A stretch of DNA of 38,298 nt from Alphaproteobacteria bacterium (GCA_022822575.1 JAJEBJ010000493.1:1-38298), one strand, 5' to 3'. Positions 7,478 through 16,148 are shown, counted from the first letter of the stretch. Numbers and translations: made by a program. Notes: generated by a model not told the origin, from the letters alone.

Positions 7478-8218
7478 TCACGGATCGTCTTCCGCATCGC
7501 GAAAATACGCGGCGAGAGCGGCGATTTCCTCATCCGACAGACGCCCGGCCACGAGCTGCATGGCCGGATGCACCCGCTTTCCCCGCTTGTAGGCGTGCAA
7601 GGCTATCACGAAGTCGTCGAATGGCCATCCCGTTATCGAAGGGATGCCCTGGTCGGAACCGTCCGTCCGGTGGCAGGTGGTGCATTCGCCCGCGAGATAG
7701 GCGCCGTACTCGGGGTCTCCCCGGACGGTGAGGATCTGCGGGTCGAGGCCGTATTCCTCGGGCGTGGCGGTCGGCTCCGCCAGCGGAAGATCGGCGCGGG
7801 AACTGGAAAAGCCGCGCAGCCATGCCAGCAGGTCTGCCCTGTCGCCGGCTTCCGCCATGCCTCGGAAACTCATGCGCGAACCAGGCACGAGAGCGGTCGG
7901 GTCCGACAGAAAGGCGTCAAGCGTCGCCTCGGTCCAGACCAGGCCGCCTGCCCCCGCAGCCTTCATCGCCGCGGAGTAGCGAAAATCCGCGAGCCAACCG
8001 GCCGCACGGCCGAAGACATCATTGAGCTCAGGGCCGATCCGGTGTTTCGCGCCTTGACCCACCTGGTGGCAGCGCTTGCATTCAAGGAAGAGCGCCTTGC
8101 CGCGCTCGGCGTCGGCGCTCCATGCATCGACGGCCAGGGGAAAGACCAGCAGTGCCGCGCCAAGCAGCCTGAATGCGGCGAATGCCGCAGGACCGATCGT
8201 CCGGGACCGACGTCGCAC
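7478..8218 (-). CDS. fccA: Dihaem c-type cytochrome, probable FccA partner of the sulfide dehydrogenase
   Basis: ORF 7478..8446; the real start is probably the GTG at 8218 (AGGA 5 nt upstream, 5 nt after the soxZ stop). Signal peptide MRRRSRTIGPAAFAAFRLLGAALLVFPLAVDAWSA. Two CxxCH motifs are present (CKRCH, CTTCH). Confidence 0.8.
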   Translation of the reverse strand: MRRRSRTIGPAAFAAFRLLGAALLVFPLAVDAWSADAERGKALFLECKRCHQVGQGAKHRIGPELNDVFGRAAGWLADFRYSAAMKAAGAGGLVWTEATLDAFLSDPTALVPGSRMSFRGMAEAGDRADLLAWLRGFSSSRADLPLAEPTATPEEYGLDPQILTVRGDPEYGAYLAGECTTCHRTDGSDQGIPSITGWPFDDFVIALHAYKRGKRVHPAMQLVAGRLSDEEIAALAAYFRDAEDDP

Positions 8219-8225
8219 GGTGGTC

Positions 8226-8552
8226 CTAACCGACGTCAATCTCTTTGCGAATGCTGTAGACCGAGCCGTCGTCATCGATCCAACCGAACTCCAGAAGGCC
8301 CGACTCCGGAACGGACATTTCGAACTGAATGTAGGGATCGGCCGACACCGCCGGTTGCAGATCGACGGAAAGCGCCACCTCGCCGTTGTAGTGAACCGCG
8401 AAGCGGTTGATGATCTGGCGGGGCACGAGCTCGCCGTCGCTGCCATGGCGTAGCCCCGTATGCATCGGATGGGTAATCCGGGCCTTGACCGTGAAGGGGA
8501 CTCCCGCCACCACCGACTTCGGTAGTCTCACGCGCGGCTTGGGTTCCGCCAT
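8226..8552 (-). CDS. soxZ: Thiosulfate oxidation carrier complex protein SoxZ
   Basis: ORF 8226..8552. Sequence: MAEPKPRVRLPKSVVAGVPFTVKARITHPMHTGLR...INRFAVHYNGEVALSVDLQPAVSADPYIQFEM. There is no signal peptide, as expected for SoxZ. Confidence 0.85.
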   Translation of the reverse strand: MAEPKPRVRLPKSVVAGVPFTVKARITHPMHTGLRHGSDGELVPRQIINRFAVHYNGEVALSVDLQPAVSADPYIQFEMSVPESGLLEFGWIDDDGSVYSIRKEIDVG

Positions 8553-8562
8553 CGCCCGTTCC

Positions 8563-8979
8563 TCACGCGCAGCCGCCGACCGTCACCGCGATCGCCTGGG
8601 AGGCCTGGCGGAATGTGCCGTCCGCCATCTCCGCCACGGCGATCACCTTCTGGCTCCCGGCCAGCCGGATGCGGATCGTGGCCGCGGGCGGTACCAGCCT
8701 TCCGAATGTGAAAACGGCGACGCCGGGATTCGGGTTGCCGTCGGCGAACAGGGCGATTCGCCTGGCGCCCTCGGCAGCGATCTGAACCGGCACGGAGCCG
8801 CCGTTGTCGGCAATTTCGGGCGCCTCAAGAAGCACGCCGCCCTTCAGGGGCGTCGCCCCTCCCGTGAATTCCGCGATCGCCTGCTCAACGCCGTTCGAAG
8901 CCCGGGCCAGACCGACAGGAACCAGCGCCGCCGCGGCGGCGGCGCTGAGCCGCAAAACATCCCTGCGCGTCGGAGCGAT
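8563..8979 (-). CDS. soxY: Thiosulfate oxidation carrier protein SoxY (C-terminal GGC carrier cysteine); start codon uncertain
   Basis: The ORF track gives 8563..8955 (TTG). The protein ends ...AIAVTVGGCA. The in-frame sequence upstream encodes (I)IAPTRRDVLRLSAAAAAALVPVGLARA, a Tat-type signal. That stretch has only ATC/ATT/ATA codons available after a GGAGGAGG Shine-Dalgarno sequence. The end coordinate 8979 assumes an ATC start. Confidence 0.75.
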   Translation of the reverse strand: MAPTRRDVLRLSAAAAAALVPVGLARASNGVEQAIAEFTGGATPLKGGVLLEAPEIADNGGSVPVQIAAEGARRIALFADGNPNPGVAVFTFGRLVPPAATIRIRLAGSQKVIAVAEMADGTFRQASQAIAVTVGGCA

Positions 8980-8989
8980 GATGCAGCCT

Positions 8990-9288
8990 CCTCCAATTCG
9001 CCAGATACCCGGCGATATGGCTCTCCATGGCGACGCCTGTCAAGCCCCTGCAGCCCCAGGATTCGGCCTTCTGCATGATGACGGAGAGTATCGGCGCAAA
9101 GCGGTTTGCCGCCGCCGCCGTCGTCGATGGTCTTCCAGATTCGCCGGCCTTCGTGCTGAGAGTGAATGAAGCAGCGTCTGGCGCCCGAAGGCGCCAAAGC
9201 CCTTCAGTTCGGTATCGCGCACATCCAGGATGACCTTCCTTGGTTTGAGCGTATCGACCCGGTATTGGGTGAGGTGTAGTGTGGCCAT
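8990..9288 (-). pseudogene. Frameshifted 5' relic of a P4/DUF4102-type integrase
   Basis: GGAGGA, then the ATG at 9288: MATLHLTQYRVDTLKPRKVILDVRDTELKGFG. After a frameshift: APSGARRCFIHSQHEGRRIWKTIDDGGGGKPLCADTLRHHAEGRILGLQG. After a second shift: VAMESHIAGYLANW. The pattern parallels the intact integrase at 1-589. Only about 100 codons remain and they run directly into the soxY start region. Confidence 0.6.
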
Positions 9289-9484
9289 GATCGTTCCTCC
9301 GGTGTTCTGTGACATTGGGGGAAGAAGGACATCGCCCTGCCGTCCGCAGTTGCAGAAACGAGAGGAATTAAGTACGTTGTATCAGTTGATTAGCACCACA
9401 GTGTGGCCTCTTTTGTCATGGGTGACATGCCCTGCACAAGGGGGGAATTGAAGACGTGACACGCTGCACTCCGGCAGGTGCCGC

Positions 9485-9889
9485 ATGATCGGCGTCGTTC
9501 TTGTGACCCACGGCCGGCTGGCCGACGAATTTGTCGCCGCCATCAGGCATATCGTGGGTGACCAGGAGAACATGACGGCGATCTCGATCGGACCCGACGA
9601 CGACATGAAGCAGCGCCGCGCCGACATCGTCGAGGCGGTTGCCGGTGTCGATACCGGTTCGGGCGTCATCATCCTCACAGACATGTTCGGTGGCACGCCG
9701 TCCAATCTCGCAATCTCGGTCATGAACCCCGGAAAGGTGGAGGTCATCGCCGGCGTCAATCTGCCGATGCTTGTCCGATTGGCATCGGTCCGCCAGAACG
9801 CCACGGTCGAAGAGGCCGTTGCCGCCGCACAGGAAGCGGCACGGCGCTACATCAACGTGGCCAGCAGCCTCCTCAAGACTGAATCGTGA
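9485..9889 (+). CDS. PTS EIIA component, mannose/fructose family (ManX/PtsM-like regulatory EIIA)
   Basis: ORF 9485..9889. Sequence: MIGVVLVTHGRLADEFVAAIRHIVG...IILTDMFGGTPSN, which includes the phospho-His. Confidence 0.9.
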   Translation: MIGVVLVTHGRLADEFVAAIRHIVGDQENMTAISIGPDDDMKQRRADIVEAVAGVDTGSGVIILTDMFGGTPSNLAISVMNPGKVEVIAGVNLPMLVRLASVRQNATVEEAVAAAQEAARRYINVASSLLKTES

Positions 9890-10173
9890 CAGCCGGTTCC
9901 TCTCCTGCGGTGATGCGCCGCTGTTTCACCATTGTCAACGAGCGGGGATTGCATGCCCGGGCGGCGGCACGCTTTGTTGCGGCACTCGACTCCTTCAGCG
10001 CCACGGTCGAGGTGGAAAAGGACGGCATAAGAGTGTCCGGCAGGTCTATCATGGGTCTCATGATGCTGGCCGCCGCCATTGGCACGACTATCGAGGTGGA
10101 GGCCCGTGGCGACGATGCCGGGGCTGCTCTCGATGCCCTCGGGACACTCGTCGGGAACCGGTTTGATGAATAG
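9886..10173 (+). CDS. HPr-family phosphocarrier protein (NPr/PtsO-like)
   Basis: ORF 9886..10173. The GTG start overlaps the EIIA stop as GTGA; an alternative ATG lies at 9913. Sequence: FTIVNERGLHARAAARFV (His15 region) and SGRSIMGLMML (Ser46 region, the HprK target). Confidence 0.85.
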   Translation: MTAGSSPAVMRRCFTIVNERGLHARAAARFVAALDSFSATVEVEKDGIRVSGRSIMGLMMLAAAIGTTIEVEARGDDAGAALDALGTLVGNRFDE

Positions 10174-11923
10174 GAAAGGCGGTCTGCAGCTGGCCGGACT
10201 GGGAATTGCACCGGGCATCGCCATCGGGCCGGCCTATGTCGCCGAGAGCGGCGCCCTCGAGGTGCCGGTCCATGAGATCGCAACGGGCGAGGTGGCGGCG
10301 GAAATTGACCGGTTCCACGATGCCGTGGCCCGCGGGCGCGAGCAACTCGCCGTCCTCTCCCAGAAGGCGCGGACACTGCACGGAAGCGCTGCCGAGGAAC
10401 TCGAGTACCTGCTGGTCGCGCACAGCCGGATGCTGGAAGGATCGCGGTTGGTCCGGGGTGTCGAGGAGAGGATCCGCGACCAGCGCCTCAATGCGGAGGC
10501 CGCGGTTTCCCAGGAGGTCGGCGATATCGTCCGGGCCTTCGAGGACATGAATGACAGCTATCTCGCCGAACGCAGCAAGGACGTGCGCGACGTCGGCAAG
10601 CGCCTGTTGCACAATCTGATGGCCGCCCCTTACCGCGCCCTCACCGATCTTGCCCCGGGGACTGTTGTAGTGGCCGACGAACTCACGCCGGCCGACACCG
10701 CGCTCCTCGACCCGCGCCGTGTTGCGGGGTTCGTCACGGCGTCGGGCGGCGCCCAGGACCACACCGGCATCCTGGCCCGATCCCTTGGTCTGCCAGCTGT
10801 GGTTGCCACCGGAGAACTGCTCGCAAATGTGGCGAGCGGTGATCGCGTGATTGTCGACGGCGGCACCGGTACCGTGGTCATCAATCCCGATGCCGACGCC
10901 GAGCGGGCTTTCGAGAAACGCCGCGGCGAACTCCGCGTGCAGGCCCGCAAGCTCCGCCGCCTGCGTGATGTCCCCGCGGTCTCGCGAGATCAGGTCCGCA
11001 TCGGCCTTCTGGCCAACGTGGAACTCGCCAGTGAAATTGATCCCGCCCTCGACCACGGCGCCGAGGGCATAGGTCTCTTCCGCACCGAGTACCTCTTTCT
11101 CAACCGCGACACCATTCCCGACGAGGACGAACAGTACGTTCACCTCGCCAACGTCGTCGAGCGCATGGCCGGCCGCACCGTGACCATCCGGACCCTGGAC
11201 GCCGGCAACGACAAGCTGCCCTATTCCCTCGGCGAACCGGTTGGCGCCGGCGCCAATCCCGCCATGGGACTGCGGGCCATTCGCCTGTCGCTCAAGTTTG
11301 GCGATCTCCTGGAGAACCAGCTCGCCGCCATCCTGCGCGCCGGCGCCCATGGCAGGGTGCGCATCCTCCTGCCGATGATCTCGACGACCTCGGAAGTGCG
11401 CCAGGTCCGCAAGGTAAGGGACAGGGTGGCCGAACGGCTCAACCGGGCGGGCGTGGCCATTGCCGACCCGTTGCCTCCGGTCGGCATCATGATCGAGATC
11501 CCCGGCGCCGCGCTGGCGGCTGATTCCCTGGCCGGGGTCAGCGACTTTTTCTCGATCGGCACCAATGACCTCACCATGTACACGCTCGCCATCGACCGCG
11601 GCGACGATCAGGTGGCCCACCTTTACAATCCGCTTCATCCGGCAGTGCTGCGGCTCATCCAGTTCACCACCGCTGCCGCCGAACGCGCCGGTATCGGCGT
11701 CAATGTGTGTGGCGAAATGGCAGGGGACGAGAGAATGACAGCGATTCTCGTCGGACTGGGTATCCGCGAACTTTCCATGGCCTCGTCCGGGGTGCCGCGG
11801 GTGAAGCAGCGCATCCGCAGCCTCGACATCACCGAGGCGGTGCGGCGGACAGAGGCGATCATGGAACAGAACGACTCCGGCATGGTGGCAAGCCTGCTCG
11901 ATGACTTCAACGCGCTCGCCTGA
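10166..11923 (+). CDS. ptsP: Phosphoenolpyruvate-protein phosphotransferase (PTS enzyme I) without an N-terminal GAF domain
   Basis: ORF 10079..11923; the ATG at 10166 overlaps the HPr stop by 8 nt. Sequence: [25 protein letters not shown]...[20 protein letters not shown] (active-site His)...[15 protein letters not shown]. Confidence 0.9.
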   Translation: MNRKGGLQLAGLGIAPGIAIGPAYVAESGALEVPVHEIATGEVAAEIDRFHDAVARGREQLAVLSQKARTLHGSAAEELEYLLVAHSRMLEGSRLVRGVEERIRDQRLNAEAAVSQEVGDIVRAFEDMNDSYLAERSKDVRDVGKRLLHNLMAAPYRALTDLAPGTVVVADELTPADTALLDPRRVAGFVTASGGAQDHTGILARSLGLPAVVATGELLANVASGDRVIVDGGTGTVVINPDADAERAFEKRRGELRVQARKLRRLRDVPAVSRDQVRIGLLANVELASEIDPALDHGAEGIGLFRTEYLFLNRDTIPDEDEQYVHLANVVERMAGRTVTIRTLDAGNDKLPYSLGEPVGAGANPAMGLRAIRLSLKFGDLLENQLAAILRAGAHGRVRILLPMISTTSEVRQVRKVRDRVAERLNRAGVAIADPLPPVGIMIEIPGAALAADSLAGVSDFFSIGTNDLTMYTLAIDRGDDQVAHLYNPLHPAVLRLIQFTTAAAERAGIGVNVCGEMAGDERMTAILVGLGIRELSMASSGVPRVKQRIRSLDITEAVRRTEAIMEQNDSGMVASLLDDFNALA

Positions 11924-11991
11924 GGCGGTGGACGGCTCCGCAGGTCTCTGGTAAGCGATGCGCCCGCTCGGGTGGAAGAGATGGCATTGTC

Positions 11992-13293
11992 ATGAACAAG
12001 GACAGGGATTACCGGGTGGCCGACATTGGTCAGGCTTCCTGGGGACGCAAGGAGATCAACATCGCCGAAGGCGAAATGCCGGGCCTGATGGCGCTGCGCA
12101 GGTCCTACGGCGACACCAGGCCCCTGGACGGCGCCCGCATCACCGGGTGTCTCCACATGACCATCCAGACCGCGGTGCTGATCGAGACGTTGCGCCACCT
12201 GGGTGCCGAGATCCGCTGGTCATCGTGCAATGTCTTTTCGACTCAGGACCACGCCGCCGCGGCGATGGCGGAAGCCGGAGTGCCCGTCTTCGCCTGGAAG
12301 GGCGAAACGGAAGAGGAGTACTGGTGGTGCATTGACCGTACGGTGGAGGGACCCGACGGCTGGACACCCAACATGCTGCTTGACGATGGCGGCGATCTGA
12401 CCGCGGTGATGCATGGCAAGTACGCCGGCATGCTCGAAGACATCCACGGGGTCAGCGAGGAGACGACCACAGGCGTCGCCCGCCTCCACCAGATGGCGTC
12501 GGCGGGCGAACTCGCGATGCCGGCTTTCGATGTCAACAGTTCGGTGACCAAGTCGAAGTTCGACAATGTCTATGGGGCTCGCGAGAGCCTGGTGGACGGC
12601 ATCCGTCGCGCCACGGACGTCATGCTGGCGGGCAAGGTCGCCGTGGTGGCCGGCTACGGTGGTGTCGGGAAGGGCTCGGCCCAGTCGCTCCAGGGAGCCG
12701 GGGCCCGCGTCGTGGTGACCGAGGTCGATCCCATTTGCGCCCTGCAGGCTGCCATGGACGGCTTCCAGGTCGTGTCCATGGACGCTGCCGCGAAGGAGGC
12801 GGACATCTTCGTGACGGCTACGGGTAACGTCGGCGTCATCACCATGGATCACATGCGGGCGATGAAGGACCGTGCGATCGTCTGCAACATCGGACACTTC
12901 GACAACGAGATCGACGTTCAGTCGCTGCGCAATCTCCGGTGGACCAACATCAAGCCCCAGGTCGACGAGATTGCCTTTCCCGACGGCAAGAAGATCATCC
13001 TTCTGGCCGAGGGGAGACTGGTCAATCTGGGCTGCGCCACGGGCCACCCGAGCTTCGTCATGAGCGCCAGCTTCACCAATCAGGTCCTTGCCCAGATCGA
13101 ATTGTGGTCCGAGCGCGGCAACGGCACCTACGGGGTCGGTGTGCATGTCCTTCCCAGGCACCTCGACGAGCAGGTGGCACGGCTCCATCTCGACAAGGTG
13201 GGGGCGCATCTGACAACCCTCACACCAGCTCAGGCGGACTACATCGGAGTCGATCGGGCCGGTCCCTTCAAGACGGACGACTACCGTTACTGA
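11992..13293 (+). CDS. ahcY: Adenosylhomocysteinase
   Basis: ORF 11992..13293. Sequence: [30 protein letters not shown]...[15 protein letters not shown]...[10 protein letters not shown]. Confidence 0.95.
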   Translation: MNKDRDYRVADIGQASWGRKEINIAEGEMPGLMALRRSYGDTRPLDGARITGCLHMTIQTAVLIETLRHLGAEIRWSSCNVFSTQDHAAAAMAEAGVPVFAWKGETEEEYWWCIDRTVEGPDGWTPNMLLDDGGDLTAVMHGKYAGMLEDIHGVSEETTTGVARLHQMASAGELAMPAFDVNSSVTKSKFDNVYGARESLVDGIRRATDVMLAGKVAVVAGYGGVGKGSAQSLQGAGARVVVTEVDPICALQAAMDGFQVVSMDAAAKEADIFVTATGNVGVITMDHMRAMKDRAIVCNIGHFDNEIDVQSLRNLRWTNIKPQVDEIAFPDGKKIILLAEGRLVNLGCATGHPSFVMSASFTNQVLAQIELWSERGNGTYGVGVHVLPRHLDEQVARLHLDKVGAHLTTLTPAQADYIGVDRAGPFKTDDYRY

Positions 13294-13302
13294 TGGTGCG
13301 GC

Positions 13303-14319
13303 TCAGGAACCGGGCACGCCTTTCGTCGTCGAGTACTCGAAGCGAAGCGGCTTGTCGGGCCACACCAGGGAATGGATGTCATGGGCAGCCATGGCGGCTT
13401 CGCTGAAACCGGAGAGAATCAGTTTCAGCTTGCCCGGATAGGTGGCGATATCACCGATGGCATGGATGCCCGGAGTCGACGTGGCGCATGTCGCCGGATC
13501 GACGCTGATGAGGTTCCTCTCCAGGTTGAGCCCCCAGCCGGCGATGGGTCCCAGCTCCATCCTGAGGCCGTAGAAGGCCAGCAGAAGATCGGCTTCGAGA
13601 CTCTTCGTGCGGCCATCGAGGTCGGCCACGACGACTTTCTCGAGGCGTCCCTCGCTGCCCTCGAGTCCGTGAAGCTGCCAGGGCACTACCCGTTCGACCT
13701 CGCCGGACTCGACCAGCGCCTCGAAGCGGCGCACCGTCTCGGGTGCCGCCCGGAAACGGTTGCGGCGGTGCACCACCTGGATACGTGCGGCGATGCCGTT
13801 GAGGGCCAGCACCCAGTCGAGGGCGGAATCGCCGCCACCGGCGATCACGATGTTCTTGCCCCTGTGGTCTTCCTTGCGTGTCACGAGATAGGCGACGGAT
13901 CCCTTTTCCTCGAAGGCCTCGATACCGGCAATCGGTGGCCGGTTGGGTCCGAAAGCGCCACACCCGGCGGCTATGACGACAGCCTTGCAGGCGATGGCCG
14001 TGTCGGCGGAGGTGGTGACAGTAAAGGCGCCGGCCTCGCCGTCGAGACGGACAACCTGCTGATCGAGGTGGTAGACCGGCGAGAAGGGGGCGGCCTGGCG
14101 TTCGAGTCGGTCGATCAGGTCCCGGGCCTCGACCACGGTGAGGGCCGGGATGTCGTAGATCGGCTTTTCCGGATAGAGCGCCGTGCACTGGCCACCGATG
14201 GCATCAAGGGTGTCAACAACATGACACTGCATGTCGAGCATTCCCGCCTCGAACACCTGAAAGAGACCCACGGGCCCGGCTCCGACAATGACGATGTCGG
14301 TCTCGTGCGATGTGTGCAT
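13303..14319 (-). CDS. Ferredoxin-NADP(+) reductase, thioredoxin-reductase-like type
   Basis: ORF 13303..14346; start at the ATG at 14319. Sequence: MHTSHETDIVIVGAGPVGLF...GGQCTALYPEKPIYDIP...IVIAGGGDSALDW...HAIGDIATYPGKLKLILSGF. Confidence 0.85.
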   Translation of the reverse strand: MHTSHETDIVIVGAGPVGLFQVFEAGMLDMQCHVVDTLDAIGGQCTALYPEKPIYDIPALTVVEARDLIDRLERQAAPFSPVYHLDQQVVRLDGEAGAFTVTTSADTAIACKAVVIAAGCGAFGPNRPPIAGIEAFEEKGSVAYLVTRKEDHRGKNIVIAGGGDSALDWVLALNGIAARIQVVHRRNRFRAAPETVRRFEALVESGEVERVVPWQLHGLEGSEGRLEKVVVADLDGRTKSLEADLLLAFYGLRMELGPIAGWGLNLERNLISVDPATCATSTPGIHAIGDIATYPGKLKLILSGFSEAAMAAHDIHSLVWPDKPLRFEYSTTKGVPGS

Positions 14320-14396
14320 GGCCGGTATCCTGTCCACAGGTCTCATAAGGCTTACCCGAAGGCGGCGGGAGGTAACAACCCGGTTGGGGATTGTCC

Positions 14397-15383
14397 ATGA
14401 GCGCCTTGCGCGAGAGCGAGATCAGGGAGTTCCTGCAACGCTTCGGCTGGGACGATGCGCGGCGCCGGCCGATTCAAGGCGACGCCTCCTTCCGCCGCTA
14501 CGAGCGCCTCGAAGGGCCCAGGGGCCGGGCCGTGCTCATGGATGCGTCGCCGGATCATGAGGATGTCAGGCCCTTCGTGCGCATCGCCCGGCACCTCATC
14601 TCTGTCGGCCTTTCCGCCCCGGCCATCCTGGCCAGGGATGTCACGAGGGGCTTTCTTCTCCTCGAGGATCTTGGTGACGATCTCTACAACCGCATTCTCG
14701 ATGAGGGAGCCGACGAAGGACTTCTCTATCGCGTCGCAGTGGAAGCGCTGGCACGGCTCCACAGGGAGCCGGTTCCCGAAGACCTTCCCCCCTACAGCGA
14801 CGACCTCTTTCTCTTCGAGGTCTCGCTCGTGACCGACTGGTTCATGCCGCTCGCCGGCCTCGAGATCAGCCGCGCCGGTCGCGACGACTTCCTCGCCCTG
14901 TGGCGCGACCTCCTGCCACTGGCACGCAGGGGGCCCACGTGTGTGGTCCTCAGGGACTACCATGCCGACAACCTCCTTTGGTTGCCGGCGCGCGACGGTG
15001 TGGCGCGGGTGGGCCAGCTCGACTTCCAGGATGCGGTCGCAGGCCCGGTGTCCTACGATATCGTCTCGCTGCTCGAGGATGTCAGGAGGAGGATTTCCCC
15101 TCAGACCGTGGAAATGTGCAGAGCGCATTACCTCAGCCTGATGCCGCATATCGATCCCGGGGTATTCGCCACATCCGCGACGATCATGACGGCCCAGCGC
15201 AATCTGAAGATCGCAGGCATCTTCAGCCGCCTGCTGAGCCGAGATGGCAAGGCGGCCTACCAGAGGTTCATGCCGAGGACCTGGGCGCTCGTCAACGACA
15301 GCCTCAGCTGTCGCCATCTGGCGCCGCTGGCGGCATGGCTCGACCACTGGATCCCGCCGCAAGCGCGGCGAGGCGTGGCATGA
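14397..15383 (+). CDS. amgK: Aminoglycoside-phosphotransferase-fold kinase, AmgK-like (anomeric MurNAc/GlcNAc kinase)
   Basis: ORF 14391..15383 (TTG), with an ATG at 14397. Sequence: GDASFRRYERL...LRDYHADNLLWL...GQLDFQDA. The stop overlaps the next start as ATGA, giving the usual amgK-murU pair. Confidence 0.75.
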   Translation: MSALRESEIREFLQRFGWDDARRRPIQGDASFRRYERLEGPRGRAVLMDASPDHEDVRPFVRIARHLISVGLSAPAILARDVTRGFLLLEDLGDDLYNRILDEGADEGLLYRVAVEALARLHREPVPEDLPPYSDDLFLFEVSLVTDWFMPLAGLEISRAGRDDFLALWRDLLPLARRGPTCVVLRDYHADNLLWLPARDGVARVGQLDFQDAVAGPVSYDIVSLLEDVRRRISPQTVEMCRAHYLSLMPHIDPGVFATSATIMTAQRNLKIAGIFSRLLSRDGKAAYQRFMPRTWALVNDSLSCRHLAPLAAWLDHWIPPQARRGVA

Positions 15384-16111
15384 CTGTCCCGAAACGCGCC
15401 ATGATCCTTGCCGCCGGGCGGGGAGAGCGCATGCGGCCGATGACCGACCACATGCCCAAGCCCGTCATTCCCGTCGCCGGACGATCCGCGCTCGACCGCA
15501 TGCTGGACAGACTGGCCGGTTTCGAGCTTGTGGTGATCAACGCCTGGCATCTTGCCGGGAAGATCGAGGCAGCGGTGGCCGCCCGGCGTGACCCGCCGGT
15601 GGTGGTGGTGCGCGAGGAGCACGTTCTCGGTACCGGCGGCGGGGTCGCGAACGCCCTTGGACTCCTCGGTGATCAACCCTTTCTTGTCGCCAACGGCGAT
15701 GTCTTCCTCAGCGAATCGCCTGGTCACCCGGTCCTGGAGACCCTGGCCGGAGCATGGGATGGCGACAGCACGGATGCCCTGTTGCTGCTGGTGGAACGGG
15801 AGCACGCCCGGGGCTACCGCTACGCAGGAGACTTCGCCATGACGGACGGGAACCGTCTTCTCGCCCGGGGCGAGCGCGATTCCGCACCCTATGTCTACGC
15901 CAGCCTGCAGATCGTCCATCCCCGGCTCCTCGAGGGAGCACCCGAAGGCGCCTTCTCCTTCACTCTCCTGTGGGACCGGGCGGCCCGGCATGGGAGGCTC
16001 CGCGGCGTCGTGTGGGGCGGCGGCTGGATGACCGTCGATACCGTCGACAATCTCGCCGCGGCCGGTGACTGGCTTGCCGCGCCGGACAAGAATCATGAAC
16101 AGGTGGTTTGA
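15380..16111 (+). CDS. murU: Nucleotidyltransferase, MurU-like (MurNAc-1-P uridylyltransferase)
   Basis: In ORF 14900..16111, from the ATG at 15380: [34 protein letters not shown]... Confidence 0.75.
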   Translation: MTVPKRAMILAAGRGERMRPMTDHMPKPVIPVAGRSALDRMLDRLAGFELVVINAWHLAGKIEAAVAARRDPPVVVVREEHVLGTGGGVANALGLLGDQPFLVANGDVFLSESPGHPVLETLAGAWDGDSTDALLLLVEREHARGYRYAGDFAMTDGNRLLARGERDSAPYVYASLQIVHPRLLEGAPEGAFSFTLLWDRAARHGRLRGVVWGGGWMTVDTVDNLAAAGDWLAAPDKNHEQVV

Positions 16112-16120
16112 CCGGTCCGC

Positions 16121-16148
16121 TTGACGGGCACCGTCGCACTTCTAGATT
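16121..16148 (+). promoter_or_regulatory. Candidate sigma70-type promoter for trxA (TTGACG-N16-TAGATT)
   Basis: TTGACG at 16121-16126, a 16-nt spacer, TAGATT at 16143-16148. It lies about 58 nt upstream of the trxA ATG. Confidence 0.35.

Noticed and set aside
9230-9451. Plus-strand ORF containing FCDIGGRRTS, considered as a decayed RapZ C-terminal CTGGRHRS motif just upstream of the EIIA gene.
   Set aside because: The matching codons are the complement of the Shine-Dalgarno and start region of the integrase relic. The remainder is AT-rich with no further similarity.
11924-11991. Possible SAH riboswitch in the 68-nt gap upstream of ahcY.
   Set aside because: I could not find the conserved SAH-element core (GAGGAGCGCUGCGAC ... 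AACGGCGCUC pseudoknot pairing), and the gap is short. A covariance-model scan would settle it.
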